Shown here piece by piece: positions 26,146-41,343 of a stretch of 64,000 bases of DNA; the stretch's first letter is position 1; every line of letters begins with the position of its first letter. The notes below the pieces were generated by a model. The model was not told the origin of the DNA, ran no database searches, and worked only from the letters and a program-made list of their open reading frames with translations. The translations under genes and the position numbers were made by a program. The stretch comes from Octopus vulgaris (lineage: Eukaryota): contig OX597820.1 of the NCBI GenBank assembly GCA_951406725.2, positions 17,174,001-17,238,000 of the forward strand, in the 5' to 3' direction.

Positions 26146-26390
26146 ATCATTCAGTTTTATCTCAAGATTTTTTGCCAACAGAGAAATAACCGGTTTCTAA
26201 CCTAGATCCAAGACTCCTTCATTGGAAATTCATCATCAACAACAGGGTATTTTTGTATGTATGTATGTACGTATGTATGTATGTATGTACGTATGTATGT
26301 ATGTATGTATGTACGTATGTATGAATGTATGTATGTATGTATGTATGTACGTATGTATGTGCATATCTAAATACATGATATACTCGTATA
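26146..26390 (-). mobile_element. Isolated 3'UTR copy of the 13-14 kb RLE LINE
   Basis: Reverse complement of gttgatg..aattccaatgaaggagccttg.atctaggttagaaaccggtt..aaatcttga (14190-14285). Confidence 0.7.
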
Positions 26391-26933
26391 TAATTACATT
26401 TTTATATATATAATTATATAAATATAATTATAATTATGGGTACTGAGAACAGCACCAACATGCTAGAAATACAAGTCAAAATTACTCTAAAACCACTTCA
26501 TGCAATAATAATAATGTCAGAAATGATCATGCTATTTTTTGTAATGTTGTGGATATATCTTTTGAAGTTTGTGGAAGTTTTGTGATCATCTTTATTGTCA
26601 ACGAAAAAATGAGTGGAGAGCAAGTTGTGATGAGTTGCCAAATGAGGCCAGTTAATTATTAGAATTTTTATTTTTTCCTTTTTAAAGAAATTAATTATTG
26701 TTACTCTTTCATTAAAACATCTCTTGAAATATCGGTCTAATTCATGCACTCTTATATGACATGCGGCCTATTTTAACAAATAAACTGCACTCTTTTACCC
26801 ATACAGACATATTTACATATATTTATATAAACGCAAAAATGCGCTTATACAAGTATGCTAACAAAAATGCAGTAATTTGTATCTATGTATGTGTATATAT
26901 AGACCTTATTTATTAAATATATTATTTATGACT

Positions 26934-26976
<43 letters not shown>

Positions 26977-27263
26977 TACGCATGCATGCTTGCATACATT
27001 CACACACATATATAGATCTCTGATTTTTTTCTCAGACTTTTCACTCTCTTCCCCTTTCTCTCTCATTCCCGGTCTCTAATTGACATAGATATATAATCGT
27101 AAATTTTCTTAAAAGCATCTCTCTGATGAATGTGAATACTGTATGCGTGTGTGCTTATAAAGACATATTCCAGCATACATTTATAAAAGCATGTACTTAT
27201 ATAACATATGCTTTTAAACACAATAACCATACGCACGCTTGAATCACACATCCATATATCCAT

Positions 27264-27328
<65 letters not shown>

Positions 27329-28115
27329 TACTTCCACCAATATACATGTATTTGTGAATGCATGAGCATTTTGGTATAAACGATTATATACGTATACAGG
27401 CATGAGCAATTCTTAAATGCGTTTGTGTGGGCGTACGTTGTGCAGCTGTGTATGCTAGCGTGTGAGAGAATATGCTATTATGCATGCGTATGTCTTCATA
27501 AGTATCTTCTTTTTAATTACATAAAGTCATTAGCCTATCTTCAATCAAGTGAAAATTTTAGCTGATGCCCTAAATTTTTATTTTCCAATTAGTAATAAAA
27601 CACCGACTTCTTTCGTTTCATAATTTGCATGCGTGTGAAAAATAGCAGTCTGTAAATGTAATTTTCACTCAGCCGCAACTCTTTCTTTAACTCCACTTAC
27701 ATATATGTGTATGCGTGTATATATATATATATATATATTATCAATTTATATTCATTTTTTATAATAAATTTTGGTATCCTTATATATTACTATATTTTAT
27801 ATCTTATGTCTTATATGTAAAGAATAATATGCTATATGTATGTATGTTATTATAATTATCAGTTTAATAAATAAATAAGTTAACATTTTTAATGTCCAAA
27901 AGTTGATGTACCACCTATTGTTCTCCTCTATTTTTTTATTTGCTATATAAATTAATGGTAAAATATCTCTTTACCTTCACCCATTTAGTACACTAGGTAA
28001 TGCAATTGCAATGCAATAAAAACACTTGTGTGTTAATAATTGGGTATTCTACCAGTAGTATATTGGATACATATTATCCCTTTGTTGGTTGGATTCACGA
28101 CCCCTAACTTTCTTG

Positions 28116-28160
<45 letters not shown>

Positions 28161-29148
28161 AGTATATATATGTATGTATGTATGTATCTATGTATGTATG
28201 TAATATAATTTTGTGATTTTATTTTATTGTCATTTTAGTTGGTCGGATCGTGAGAGCGTCTGAAAAAATGCTTTGGGGTAATTTGATTCTTTACGTTTAC
28301 GTTCTGCGTTCATAAACCACAGAGGACAACTTAACCATTGTTTTCTCGATAATATAAGCTACAAATCAAGCTCTGCAGCTGATGAGAATCGACTAATCCA
28401 CATTTTCAAATTGCTGTCCTTGTGCCTAAATCAGAAATTATCATATTTACATTTCTACCTCTACTTTCCTATTTGCTGCAGAGGTAAATGAGACCCTTAT
28501 GGTGTGCCTATTCAATAACTTACTATAATTCTGTAACGAGGGGATTGCTGCTTATTGCCCCAAGAAATATCTTAATTTCAAATCCTTAACATTAATAGGG
28601 AATAGGGCAGCAAAACAAATTACATTCGTGTGGAATTTTCCTATAGTGAGCTAGCGGTCTGACATATAACTGATGTTCTTGTAACAGAGAGCAATCAGGC
28701 TCAAGTTACAGCATGAGGTCGCCGTTTCGAAAATCTGCTCACAGAAAGATAGACTGTGACCATCTGGGAAACTTCCTACACAAAGTTTTATCCTATTTTG
28801 AAATTGTAAACTTAACCGGAGTATTCCGAATAAGCACGTTATTACCGAAATGCAATTCGAAAAAGACCGCCATTTACATAGATGTGTAAGGGATAAACAT
28901 TCATACATGCTGCGCTGGATACGATAGCTGTTCGCTTGGTATGTTGTTTTTGTTTATTCATTATATATCTTGAATTATGCACACACTGAAGAGTAAAGAG
29001 CGCATATTATTGCGCTGATTACGAAATAAATGTGTGATATGTGGCTAAATTCTGTTTTTGAATGACTTGCTTCGAGAATTGATTCGGTACAACATGTTTA
29101 CTTATTTTAGTATTTTGACTTTAAGAGTCCCTCCTAGTGTGAGGCATC

Positions 29149-29227
<79 letters not shown>

Positions 29228-29229
<2 letters not shown>

Positions 29230-29501
29230 GGAGGCGCAATGGCCCAGTGGCTAGGGTCGCGGTTTCGATTCCCAGACCGGGCATTGTGAGTGTTTATTGA
29301 GCGAAAACACCTAAAGCTCCACGATCTCCGACAGGGGTTGTGGCGATCCCTGGTGTACTCTTTCGCCACAACTATCTCTCACTCTTTCTTCCGTTGGCCT
29401 GCTCGCTTGGCCGGAGTGGTGGTGTCATTTGAAGGCTGAAACAATGCGAAGCGCATTGTGACCAGCGACATGTAGCAACATCTGATAGCCTGGTCGTCAC
29501 G

Positions 29502-29505
<4 letters not shown>
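29228..29505 (+). mobile_element. tRNA-derived SINE, family C
   Basis: ggaggcgcaatggcccagtgg...gtttcgattcccagaccggg...gtttattgagcgaaaacacc; also at 48030 and 60825. Confidence 0.75.
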
Positions 29506-29541
<36 letters not shown>

Positions 29542-29816
29542 TGTTTGTGTGTGTGTGTGTGTGTGTGATCCTACTCTCCTCTGATCAGAACCGGAACTTT
29601 CTTTACATTTTACATCTAGCATGCAGGGGATAATTTACTTTGTTCAAAATAATTCGTTACGTAACATGATGTCGGAAATAGACGTCCAGCGTGATACGAT
29701 AAAGGGTACAAAAGGAAACTCGGCACAAATCAATATCTGATACGAATCGTTCCCTCAACCAATTAGGAAAACGATATTTTCAGTTGATAAAAATCTATGG
29801 ATACACACACACACAA

Positions 29817-29889
<73 letters not shown>

Positions 29890-30019
29890 CACACACATAT
29901 ATACACACACATACACACACACACATATTTCATGTGTTAGTCTTGATCAATTACTGATGTATAATTTGCTGCATTTCACATTGTCGTCGCTATATTTGTG
30001 AAAATATATTCCCACCTGT

Positions 30020-30470
<451 letters not shown>

Positions 30471-32470
30471 TAGAAAAATTCCTTTCCGATATTTGTTTCC
30501 TGCGTTCAAATCTCACCGAAATCAACTTTGCCTTTCGTGTCTCTAGGATCGATGAAATAAAATACCCTGCAAAGTGTTCAAATGTAATCAACCGATTTCC
30601 TCTTCCGAATTTCTGGACTTGTGAGTATGTTAGAAACTGTTATTAAGCGCCTTGGTTTGGCAGAAACGTTAGAACGTTGACAACATTTCTTTACGATGTT
30701 TGTACTGGTTCTTTACGATTTGAGTTTAAATACCACCTTGGTCTACAATGCTTTTCATCCCCACGAGTGGATAAAATAAAGTACCTAGTCCATTCAAGAA
30801 GTAGATTATATCCATAAATCTTTAAACCTTTTCTTTCAAATCTGCTGGATTTATGACTGAGAAATACTTGCTTTAGTTCCTTTTCCCCGCATTAATTGAC
30901 CCCCTTTTATTCAATGTAGCATTCATCATGGGTGAATGTAGCAAGGATGGCACGTGTGAATGACGGAGCCAGCTTGAGCACAATCCTATGAACCAAAAAA
31001 AAAAAAAAGAAAACCAAAAGAAAGAAGAGAGCCACTTACTGCAATGTTTTCTTTCTGCATGACGCTATTGCCCAAGGTTCCCGTGGTCTTTTCCGTAGGC
31101 TTTTCTATCCACGGAAAAACCTAATCTGTTTTCCCTTTTTACATTGACATTTCTGTGATACAGGATTCCTATTGATCGTCCCCACTTTATTTTTTTGGGG
31201 ACGATCCCTTTTGATCGGAATTAGACCCACTTTTTTTCCTTCTTTTCTCTACTTTGTATTTTGCCCATTCTGTCTTCAGCCCTGCGTGGCCAATAAAGAA
31301 ATCTATCCTACTCCTCGCAGAGTAGGTATGCTTTATCGTTAGCCACTTCGTGAAGAGGTTCTTCATTCTTTCTGTCACATCTCCGTTCACGTAACTTCCA
31401 AATCACAGCATTCAAATCAAACCTTTTACCGGAGGAATCAACCAAATTTCGGTGGGAGACGTTTTAGCACAGCCGTTATGGCTTCGCTTATTTGGAACCG
31501 CTGATTAATCGACTTATTTGACATTAGGCGTTTTATGTTTCTTTTGTTTTAATGCTATTCTCTCTCTCTCCATCCATCTCTCTGATATATACATATATAT
31601 CTAACTGGTTACGTATGGAAGTAAATTTCACTTTAAATGTATGAGAATAGGGAAAGTGTTTATGTAAATTATGTTGAATTTAAAAAATTTTCTCTCTCTC
31701 TTCCATACGCACACTGTCTATCTGTATATGTATATTTCTCCGCACACACGCGAGTGAGTTTTGTGTGTTTTTCTTGCAGTGCGAAAAGTGTACCAAAAAA
31801 TCACCAAAACAGGCTGAATATCCTGTCAGCCGTACCAAATCTTTAGATTCCAAACAACAACGCCGAATTGTCTCACTCAGATATTCTCCTGACTCCTTTG
31901 TAATACATTTTACCAAATTTCCCCTTTCATGTTTGCGTGTTGTATCTTATCAGTTCGATCTACTCCTAATAATTTCTTTGAATATCTCTGATTCAGATGT
32001 CTGTCTCTAAATTGATGTTCGCAGTTTGTTTTGGCCGAATTAGTGAACTATATTTAGTAGATATTTTGTATTACAAAGGGATTCTTTTCATGAATGACAC
32101 AAGGTCAGACAAATTTGGGAGAGAAGAAGAGGAAAAGAGACAGCTTTGTTTTAGTAATATAAACATTCGGTACTTCACAGTTGCATTACTGCATCGACTC
32201 AGGATGAAAAGAAGGCAAAGTAAACCTCACCGGGCATGAACTCAAGGTGAAGGCTTTAACTAATTACAGCAACACATATTGTCCTGCAGTCTGACGATTA
32301 ACGATTTTGTCACGCGATATAATTGTTTCTGCAACAACAAAAGATCTGAAATCAAATCATTGGACTAACTAGAGAAAATTAACTAAACATACACATAAGG
32401 ATGGAATCGGGAACGCGCGTGTTTATATGTCCAACTTTCTCTTTCCCTCTCTCACGCTATTTCCCTTTTC

Positions 32471-32549
<79 letters not shown>

Positions 32550-32816
32550 CCAATCTATCTATCTAGCTAGCTAGTTAGCTATATGAGTGTCTGTCTGTCT
32601 GTCTATCTTATGCACGTGCATGCGTGTATATGCGTGTGTGCGTTATATAGATACGTGTATGCATTTACTATCTGAGACGTATATAGGAGTGATGAAAGAG
32701 CTTATAGTGGCGGGTGATACAATTAACAAGCCTAGCTACAAAATCCACTGAAAATTCGAAAACTACGAATCATACCAACATACGGCACACATAATACCCA
32801 AGCACGTGTATGCCAC

Positions 32817-32876
<60 letters not shown>

Positions 32877-32905
32877 TATATGTATAGATAGATAGATAGA
32901 TAGAT

Positions 32906-32937
<32 letters not shown>

Positions 32938-33054
32938 GATAGATAGATAGATATATAGATATATAAGTGTGTGTGTATGTAATTTTGTATCTCTCCCTAT
33001 CTATCTGTCTATTTATCTATCTATCTATCTATATCTATCTATCTATCTATCTAC

Positions 33055-33134
<80 letters not shown>

Positions 33135-33447
33135 TGATCTATCTATCTGTATGACTATAAATAGTGGGCCAAAAGCAACGTACGAAAACTTTTCGCATGT
33201 ACACTATAAACGCAGATATTCATATATATATATATGCACATCTGTTACGAGTATGTAGATATACGTTATGTAAGTTCAATATGCTCTGTTAGTAACATTC
33301 ACTCTAGAATAAAACATTTATGACCATAATCAGTCTTCACCCACATAACACCACATAACTGATTACGTAATAGTCATAATTCTTATGTAATATATAATGT
33401 AGCCTCTCATAATATAACTCCTATGCCCATATTCACAAGTATAACTC

Positions 33448-33507
<60 letters not shown>

Positions 33508-33775
33508 GTGCGCGCCCGTGTGTGCGTATGTATGTATGTATATATATATATATGTATGTTTATATATATATGTATGTTTATATATATATGTATGTTTATA
33601 TATATATATGTATGTTTATATATATATGTATGTTTATATATATATGTATGTTTATATATATATATATATGTATGTTTATATATATATGTATGTTTATATA
33701 TATAACGGCGTTGCATCAGCATGGCCGCAGCTCTGAGCTGAAACTACAAAAAAAAAATATATATGCATATATGTA

Positions 33776-33835
<60 letters not shown>

Positions 33836-34028
33836 CATATGTATATATATATGTACATACATATGTATGTACACACATACACATACGCACATATATATAT
33901 ACATATATCTATGGATGAGTTTATAACTACATAAAGACTATATATGTACTGGACGATTGTCTGCATACATAAATGTCATTGTGTGTATGTATATATGTGC
34001 GTTTTGTTTGTGCTTGAGCATCTGTGTT

Positions 34029-34077
<49 letters not shown>

Positions 34078-34679
34078 ATGTGTGTGTGTGTGAGAGAGAG
34101 ACTTAGAGTAGAGTGAAACTAAAGTATTTACTGTTGGGAAGAATGACTTCCGATAGAGTTTGGTTGTGTGGACGTTTGTGTATTTAATACTGTCCGTTGA
34201 AAATAAACTTTTATGGGCGTCTGTGTATATACACACATACATATTCATATATACACATACATACAAACACACCCACATACACACATTGATATATATATGT
34301 ATATATATATAAATGTATATACGCGCATGTCCACATATATTGATAAATGTCTGTCATATTTATATGAATACACACGCGCAAAAACTTACACGTTTACGTG
34401 TGTGTGTGTGACTGTGTGTGTGTATAAATACGCATCCTGTATAGTTTTTGTAAATGATGTGTCAATTTACATTGATAGCTAAAAATCAGATTATGCAATT
34501 AGTAATTATCTGTAAACAAAACGAACCAATTAAACACATTTCTGTCCCTGAACACAATTCGACCAAGCGGCTGATTGAGTCAACAATATTTCGGAATCAG
34601 CGGAGAACTCTTTGAGCTCTTAGAGATAAAACATGTATGATAAATCAATAAGAGGTACCCCCACGCACAGAAGACAATA

Positions 34680-34739
<60 letters not shown>

Positions 34740-34888
34740 CATACTCATACATTCATGTAACCATATATACACAAACGTACAAAAATAAAAATAATAATAC
34801 ATATGTATTCATGTATGTATGCATGTATGTATGTATGTATCTCTCTATCTATATATACATACAAATACATATATATATATATATACAA

Positions 34889-34943
<55 letters not shown>

Positions 34944-35218
34944 CACATCACGTTCGCCTAGCAAATTATTTTATTTGTTAAAATAATCTGAAACCTAGGT
35001 ATGACCGTAAAAAAATAACAAGGTAGAAGTTTTTATTTTTCGTTCCCTTAGAAAATTGCTCTTAAATATGTGGTTTTGGTCGTTTTGACTGCTTCTTCTA
35101 GCGTGTAAAAATTACCTATTAAAGGTAGTTTTCTCTTGTTTAAATGCACCAATCTAGCTATCGTCTGTCTGTCTGTCTGTCCGTCCACCTATCTATCTAT
35201 CTACCTATCTATCTTTCA

Positions 35219-35304
<86 letters not shown>

Positions 35305-35611
35305 AAGATATTTATGTGAGTGTCTGTGTGTCGATGTGTGTGTCTGTGTGCCTGTGTGTGTAGGTTAACTCAATCGAGGTTACTATTTCAAAAGAATAGA
35401 TTCTGGTGACACCACCGAGAAATGCATCTAAAATAAACAAGCATTAGTGCTAATGGCAGTGCCGTAGCTTGCCCGAAGCTCAAGGTTGAAACCGTTGATA
35501 AAATGATACGATATGTTTGCGTGTGTGTATGTGTGTGTGTGTTTTTAAATTCTTCTCGCCCATCCACGTTCCTCACCAATTTTGCTGTCCGTTAGAAATT
35601 CTTTTCTACCT

Positions 35612-36024
35612 CTTTACTCTTTACTCTCTCTTTTACTTGATTCAGTCATTTGACTGCGGCCATGCTGGAGCACCGCCTTTAGTCGAGCAACTCGACCCCG
35701 GGACTGATTCTTTGTAAGCCCAGTACTTATTCTATCGGTCTCTTTTGCCGAACCGCTAAGTGACGGGGACATAAACACACCAGCATCGGTTGTCAAGTAA
35801 TGCCAGGGGGACAAACACAGACACACAAACGCACACACGCATATATATATATACATATATACGATGGGCTTCTTCCAGTTTCCGTCTACCAAATCTACTC
35901 ACAAGGCTTTGGTTGATCTGGGGCTATAGTAGAAGAAAACTTGCCCAAGGTGCCACGCAGTGGGACTGAACCCGGAACCATGTGGTTGGTAGACAAGCTA
36001 CTTACCACACAGCCACTCCTGCGC
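35612..36024 (-). mobile_element. SINE family A
   Basis: Full-length match to other copies. Confidence 0.85.
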
Positions 36025-36221
36025 CGTTGTTTTCCTCTAATATTTCTTCTCATTTTCTCTCTCTCCCTTATCTTCCATCCTTTCTCCCACTTTCATTAGC
36101 TTCCCACGTTTCATTACATTTCCACGTTCGTTCACACGCAAAATACGACTACCTACACACACAAATACCTCGCAAACTCTCTAAGCCACGTCACTGTAGT
36201 TTTGTATTTGCACCCATCTAT

Positions 36222-36395
36222 ATAGGCGTAGGAGTGGCTGTGTGGTAAGTAGCTTGCTTACCAACAACATGGTTCCGGCTTCAGTCCCACTGCGTGGCAT
36301 CTTCAGCAAGTATCTTCTACTATTGCCTTGAGCTGACCAAAGCCTTGTGAGTGGATTTGGTAGACGGAAACTGAAAGAAGCCCGTCGCATATATG

Positions 36396-36426
<31 letters not shown>

Positions 36427-36643
36427 GTGTATTTGTATGTTTGTGTGTTTGCGTTTGTACCCTCAAAACCGCTTGACAACCGATGCTGGTGTGTTTACGC
36501 CCACGTAACTTAGCGGTTCAGCAAAAGAGACCAACAGAATAACTACTAGGCTTACAAAGAATTAGTCCTGGGGTTTATTTGCTCGACTAAAGGCGGTGCT
36601 CCAGCATGGCCACAGTCATATGACTGAAACAAGTAAAAGAGTA
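36222..36643 (+). mobile_element. SINE family A
   Basis: ggcgtaggagtggctgtgtggtaag...gactgaaacaagtaaaagagt. Confidence 0.85.
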
Positions 36644-36954
36644 AGGCGTAAGAGTATACACGCACTCGCCAAACATGCACATACACAAACAAACAGCTAC
36701 CCTGAATGTCTATCTCAAAACAGTGATACACTCCCATACCTGCACCACCACCATAGAACGTATTCCTACTGTTTTTCTTTCCTTTCTTCTTAACCATTTT
36801 TCATCTTTGTCACTTATCCTATGATTTACTCTTGATGATAGACTAACCTCCGAAACGTTAAGACGTTTTCCTTTCCTTCTTTTAAGCGTTAAACAAATTC
36901 AATGTTTGTTGAAACTTGTACTGCCTATATTGTGCATCTATCTGTCTATATATC

Positions 36955-37171
<217 letters not shown>

Positions 37172-37309
37172 TATATATATATGTTCAATGAATCTATGTA
37201 TTTGAATATATTAATTAAATTTACAAGGCTAAGATTGACAATATATTCAGTTACGATTTAGTAATCTTCATTAGCCTGTTAATATACACAGACACACAGA
37301 CACACACGC

Positions 37310-37355
<46 letters not shown>

Positions 37356-37739
37356 AAATACCTGCGCACGCAGACTTAAGTGGTAATGGTAGGTCTCCGC
37401 TCGGCGTTGAGAAATACGATGATGGACCAAGTAAATTTTCTTCTTTTGCATCACCGTCTGAACGACTGGCCATTACCTAGATACGCTCAACGTAATTCTC
37501 AAGTAGAGTTAGAGTGATATACTGTGTGCATGTGTGTCTGAGAGAGGGAGAAAAAGAGAAAGAGACAGACAGAGAGAGACAGAGAGAGAGAGAGAGAGAA
37601 AGTGAGACAAGGTTGTAGATTTGGGCTTACCGCTACAATTCAAATTTTCCGTCTGCCGATTTACACTCTCAAGTATTTATCGAGTATAGACTGTACAAAA
37701 TGGTATTCACCTTAGGTGCCGCGCACTAGGATACTTGTA

Positions 37740-37869
<130 letters not shown>

Positions 37870-37939
37870 CATATATATATATACATATATACATATATAA
37901 ATATATACATACGCATATACATGTATATATATGCATGTA

Positions 37940-37987
<48 letters not shown>

Positions 37988-38047
37988 TGAGTTGTGGGGT
38001 ATCGCACGAGTGGGATTATATAAGAAAAAAGGTTTGAAAATGCAATT

Positions 38048-38113
38048 TAAACGATGTTTATTTACTTAACCGGTTTCACTCTTTGGTAAAAGATTGTCAA
38101 AAGTTACATTTAA
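38048..38113 (-). ncRNA. Minimal hammerhead ribozyme (U3-A8 variant), left arm
   Basis: Exact mirror of 45405-45470; TTGTCAA at 38094-38100. Confidence 0.6.
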
Positions 38114-38122
38114 GGAAACATT

Positions 38123-38347
38123 GAATAATATGGGTTCAAAAAAAGTTTTTTACATAATTGTCACATTGAATATTATGCATTCAAAAAAGTTTTTTACATA
38201 ATTGTCACATTGGATATTATGGGTTCAAAAAAGTTTTTTACATAATTGTCACATTGGATATTATGAATTCAAAAATGTTTTTTACATAATTGTCACATTG
38301 GATATTATGAATTCAAAAATGTTTTTTTATACATAATTGTCACATTA
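38123..38347 (-). repeat. Five ~44-47 bp tandem repeats (left arm)
   Basis: Mirror of 45171-45395. Confidence 0.85.
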
Positions 38348-38924
38348 TTTGGGAAAATTTGGCAGAAAAGGATAAAACAAATATATTATTGGGAATTGGT
38401 TGCGTTAATTATTGGTTGTCGCAAATTGTCACATTACATGTATATATATACAATCTTTGGTATATATATACAGCGTTTTGACAGCAAAAATTAAAATGGC
38501 TTTTTTGTACATCTCAGAATATTTTAAGTATGTTTTTACTGACCTGTCAGTATTAGCAGAAAGGCTGAACTGAGAGAACAGAAGAAGTAGCCAATGTGGT
38601 GTATACTTCCCCTTTATGCATGAATGATTTTGGGGTTATCAGGAGGTTAGTATGCGGGTGTGAATAGATGTGTCCGTGCCTGCTGGTCAGACAGCGTCTG
38701 TTTGTCACACACATATATATACACACAAACACACACACACACAACAACACACACACACACACACATAGTATACAAACACACACCACATACAAACAACACA
38801 CACACACACAGAACACACACACCCACACACAACGCACCCACATATATCACATATACACACAGCACACAAATATAACATGTATCTATATATAACATACACA
38901 GATATATAACACACATACACACAC

Positions 38925-38957
<33 letters not shown>

Positions 38958-39762
38958 CACACGCACACATACATACATAATATAAATATCACACAAATAC
39001 ACCTAGCATATATATACACACATACAATACACACATACAGCATGTAAGTAATATACATACACAATATATGCATGCAATATACATACGTAATACATACATA
39101 TAATATATATATATATAGACAATGCATATACATATATACACATATACATATAAATAGTGTTTACATACACATACATAGATGTACCACATATACACACAAC
39201 ACACATACATACAATGCATACACATACACATACGCATACATATAATATATATATACACACACACACACATAACATACATACACACACAATGCATACATAT
39301 ATATACACGCAATGCATATACATGTATTCATGCACATATAGCACACCTACAATATACATATATACAGTGCACACATACACACAAATATATACACTTAATT
39401 GTACACGTACATATACAATACACATACATACAATATACATATACACAATGCGCATGCAAATAATGTACATGTTTATACACACATAAACATGCAAATAAAT
39501 ATACACACACACACATACACACACACACATATATATACACATATATATATATATATATACACACATACATACATACATACATGCACATACATATATTTTT
39601 TCACACACATACACACAAATATATATATAAAAAATTCACCCACCCCCCACACACACAAATTACAAACCTATAGCGTACACACTCAAATATATCTCTACAT
39701 GCCGCACATACACACAAACAAAGTACTAACATATACACACATACCATGCATATACACACACA

Positions 39763-39793
<31 letters not shown>

Positions 39794-39966
39794 AAAACAG
39801 ATACATATGTAAATACATACACACGTACACAATGCTCACACACACACACACACATACACACACACCCGCACACAGTGCACACACACACACACATATATAC
39901 ACACGTGCACACACACACACACAAACAACGCGCGCACACACACATATACACACACACGCACACAGT

Positions 39967-39998
<32 letters not shown>

Positions 39999-40183
39999 CA
40001 CTCACACACATACATCACCTACATATATATAATGCATGCGTGTGCATGCCACGTATGTGTGCGGTCAATGCCCGCTAGTGTGTCCTATGCGTGCCGATGC
40101 GCGCATGTGCCCGCCCGCACGATATGCTGTGAGCGTGCGCGCGTCCCTGTGTGCTTGCTCTGGATGTGCTTCCAGGGGGTATG

Positions 40184-41343
40184 TTAGAGTATGTTTAGTT
40201 GTGGTCTGTATTTTTGAATAAGATTACTTTCCTTATTTATTCGTGTTTGGTCTGTGGTGTTGTCCGAGCATTGGTATAGTGGGAAGACTAAGAATTTGGG
40301 GGACTTATTGTGTGCACAAAGGTCTAAGTGTCCACTTAGTGGTATCTGTCTTGTGGAGGGGTCCCTCAGTTGTTGTCGGTGAACTGTCATTCTGTCTCTG
40401 AGGGTAAGGCTCGTTTGCCCTATGTAGTCTTCGTGGCATCCTTCACACCTTATGACGTAGAGTAAATTTTTTGATGCGCACGTGAAGTTATTTTTTATGA
40501 TGAATGTGTGTCCCGAGTGGAACTTGTACGACGATCCCTCAATGAGGTGGATGCAGGTCTTACAGTTGGGGCGACCACATTTTTTGATGGTGGGCGGTGG
40601 GTTTGTGTTGTGTAATTTTGCGTTGGTGAGGAGGTTTTTTAGGGATTTAGGTTGTCTCTTACTTTTTATTATTTTATGAGCTGCCAGTATTTTTTTCAGG
40701 CGTGGGTCTTGATTTAGTTGTGGAATGTTGTTGTATATAATAGTGTAAGCTTCTGCATTCCTTGGGTTGTGTGTTGAGAGATAAGGGAGGCTATTGACTG
40801 TACTGTGGATGTGTTTGGGTTTTCGAAGGTCTTGAATGTTGATTGATTTGGCCCGTTCTATTCCGTTGTCTACTAGTGATGCCGGGTAATGTCTTTCGAG
40901 AAGAATTGCCCTTAGTTCCCGGAGTCTTCTATTTCGTGTTGTGTCATTTGAGACAATAGTGCAGATTCTTCTCGCTAGGTTGAAGGGGATATTTGTCTTT
41001 GTGTGTTTTGGGTGATTGGAGGTGAATAGAAGGTATTGTTTAGAGTCAGTGGGTTTGTAATGGATGTCAGTTTCAATGTTGACGCCTTTTTTAATGATTA
41101 GGATGTCAAGAAAAGGGAGTTGGTCCTGACTATATTCCATTGTGAATTGAATGTTGTTATTTACACTGGATAAGGTTTTTGAAGTCTATAAGTTGGTCGA
41201 AACAAAAAAAACCTTGTGAAATTGGGACCATAGGATGAGGCAATCATCTAAGTAGCGTTTCCAGTTCTCCAACAGGTATTTGTGGAAAGACTGGCCGTAC
41301 TTATATTTGGATTTTTCATAGATATGTGATTCCAGGTAGGCCA
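40184..41343 (-). pseudogene. Truncated inverted copy of the PLE ORF (RT C-terminal half, Cys linker, intact GIY-YIG domain)
   Basis: 318-aa ORF identical to the C-terminal part of the + copy: LPFLD, CGRPNCKTC, LLYVIRC..C..DYIGQT, R..H..HL..C, E..LI..Y.PQLN. Confidence 0.9.

Noticed and set aside
31050-31400. Higher-complexity 67-aa ORF region, possibly an exon or old LINE fragment
   Set aside because: No motif I can recognise; needs blastx.
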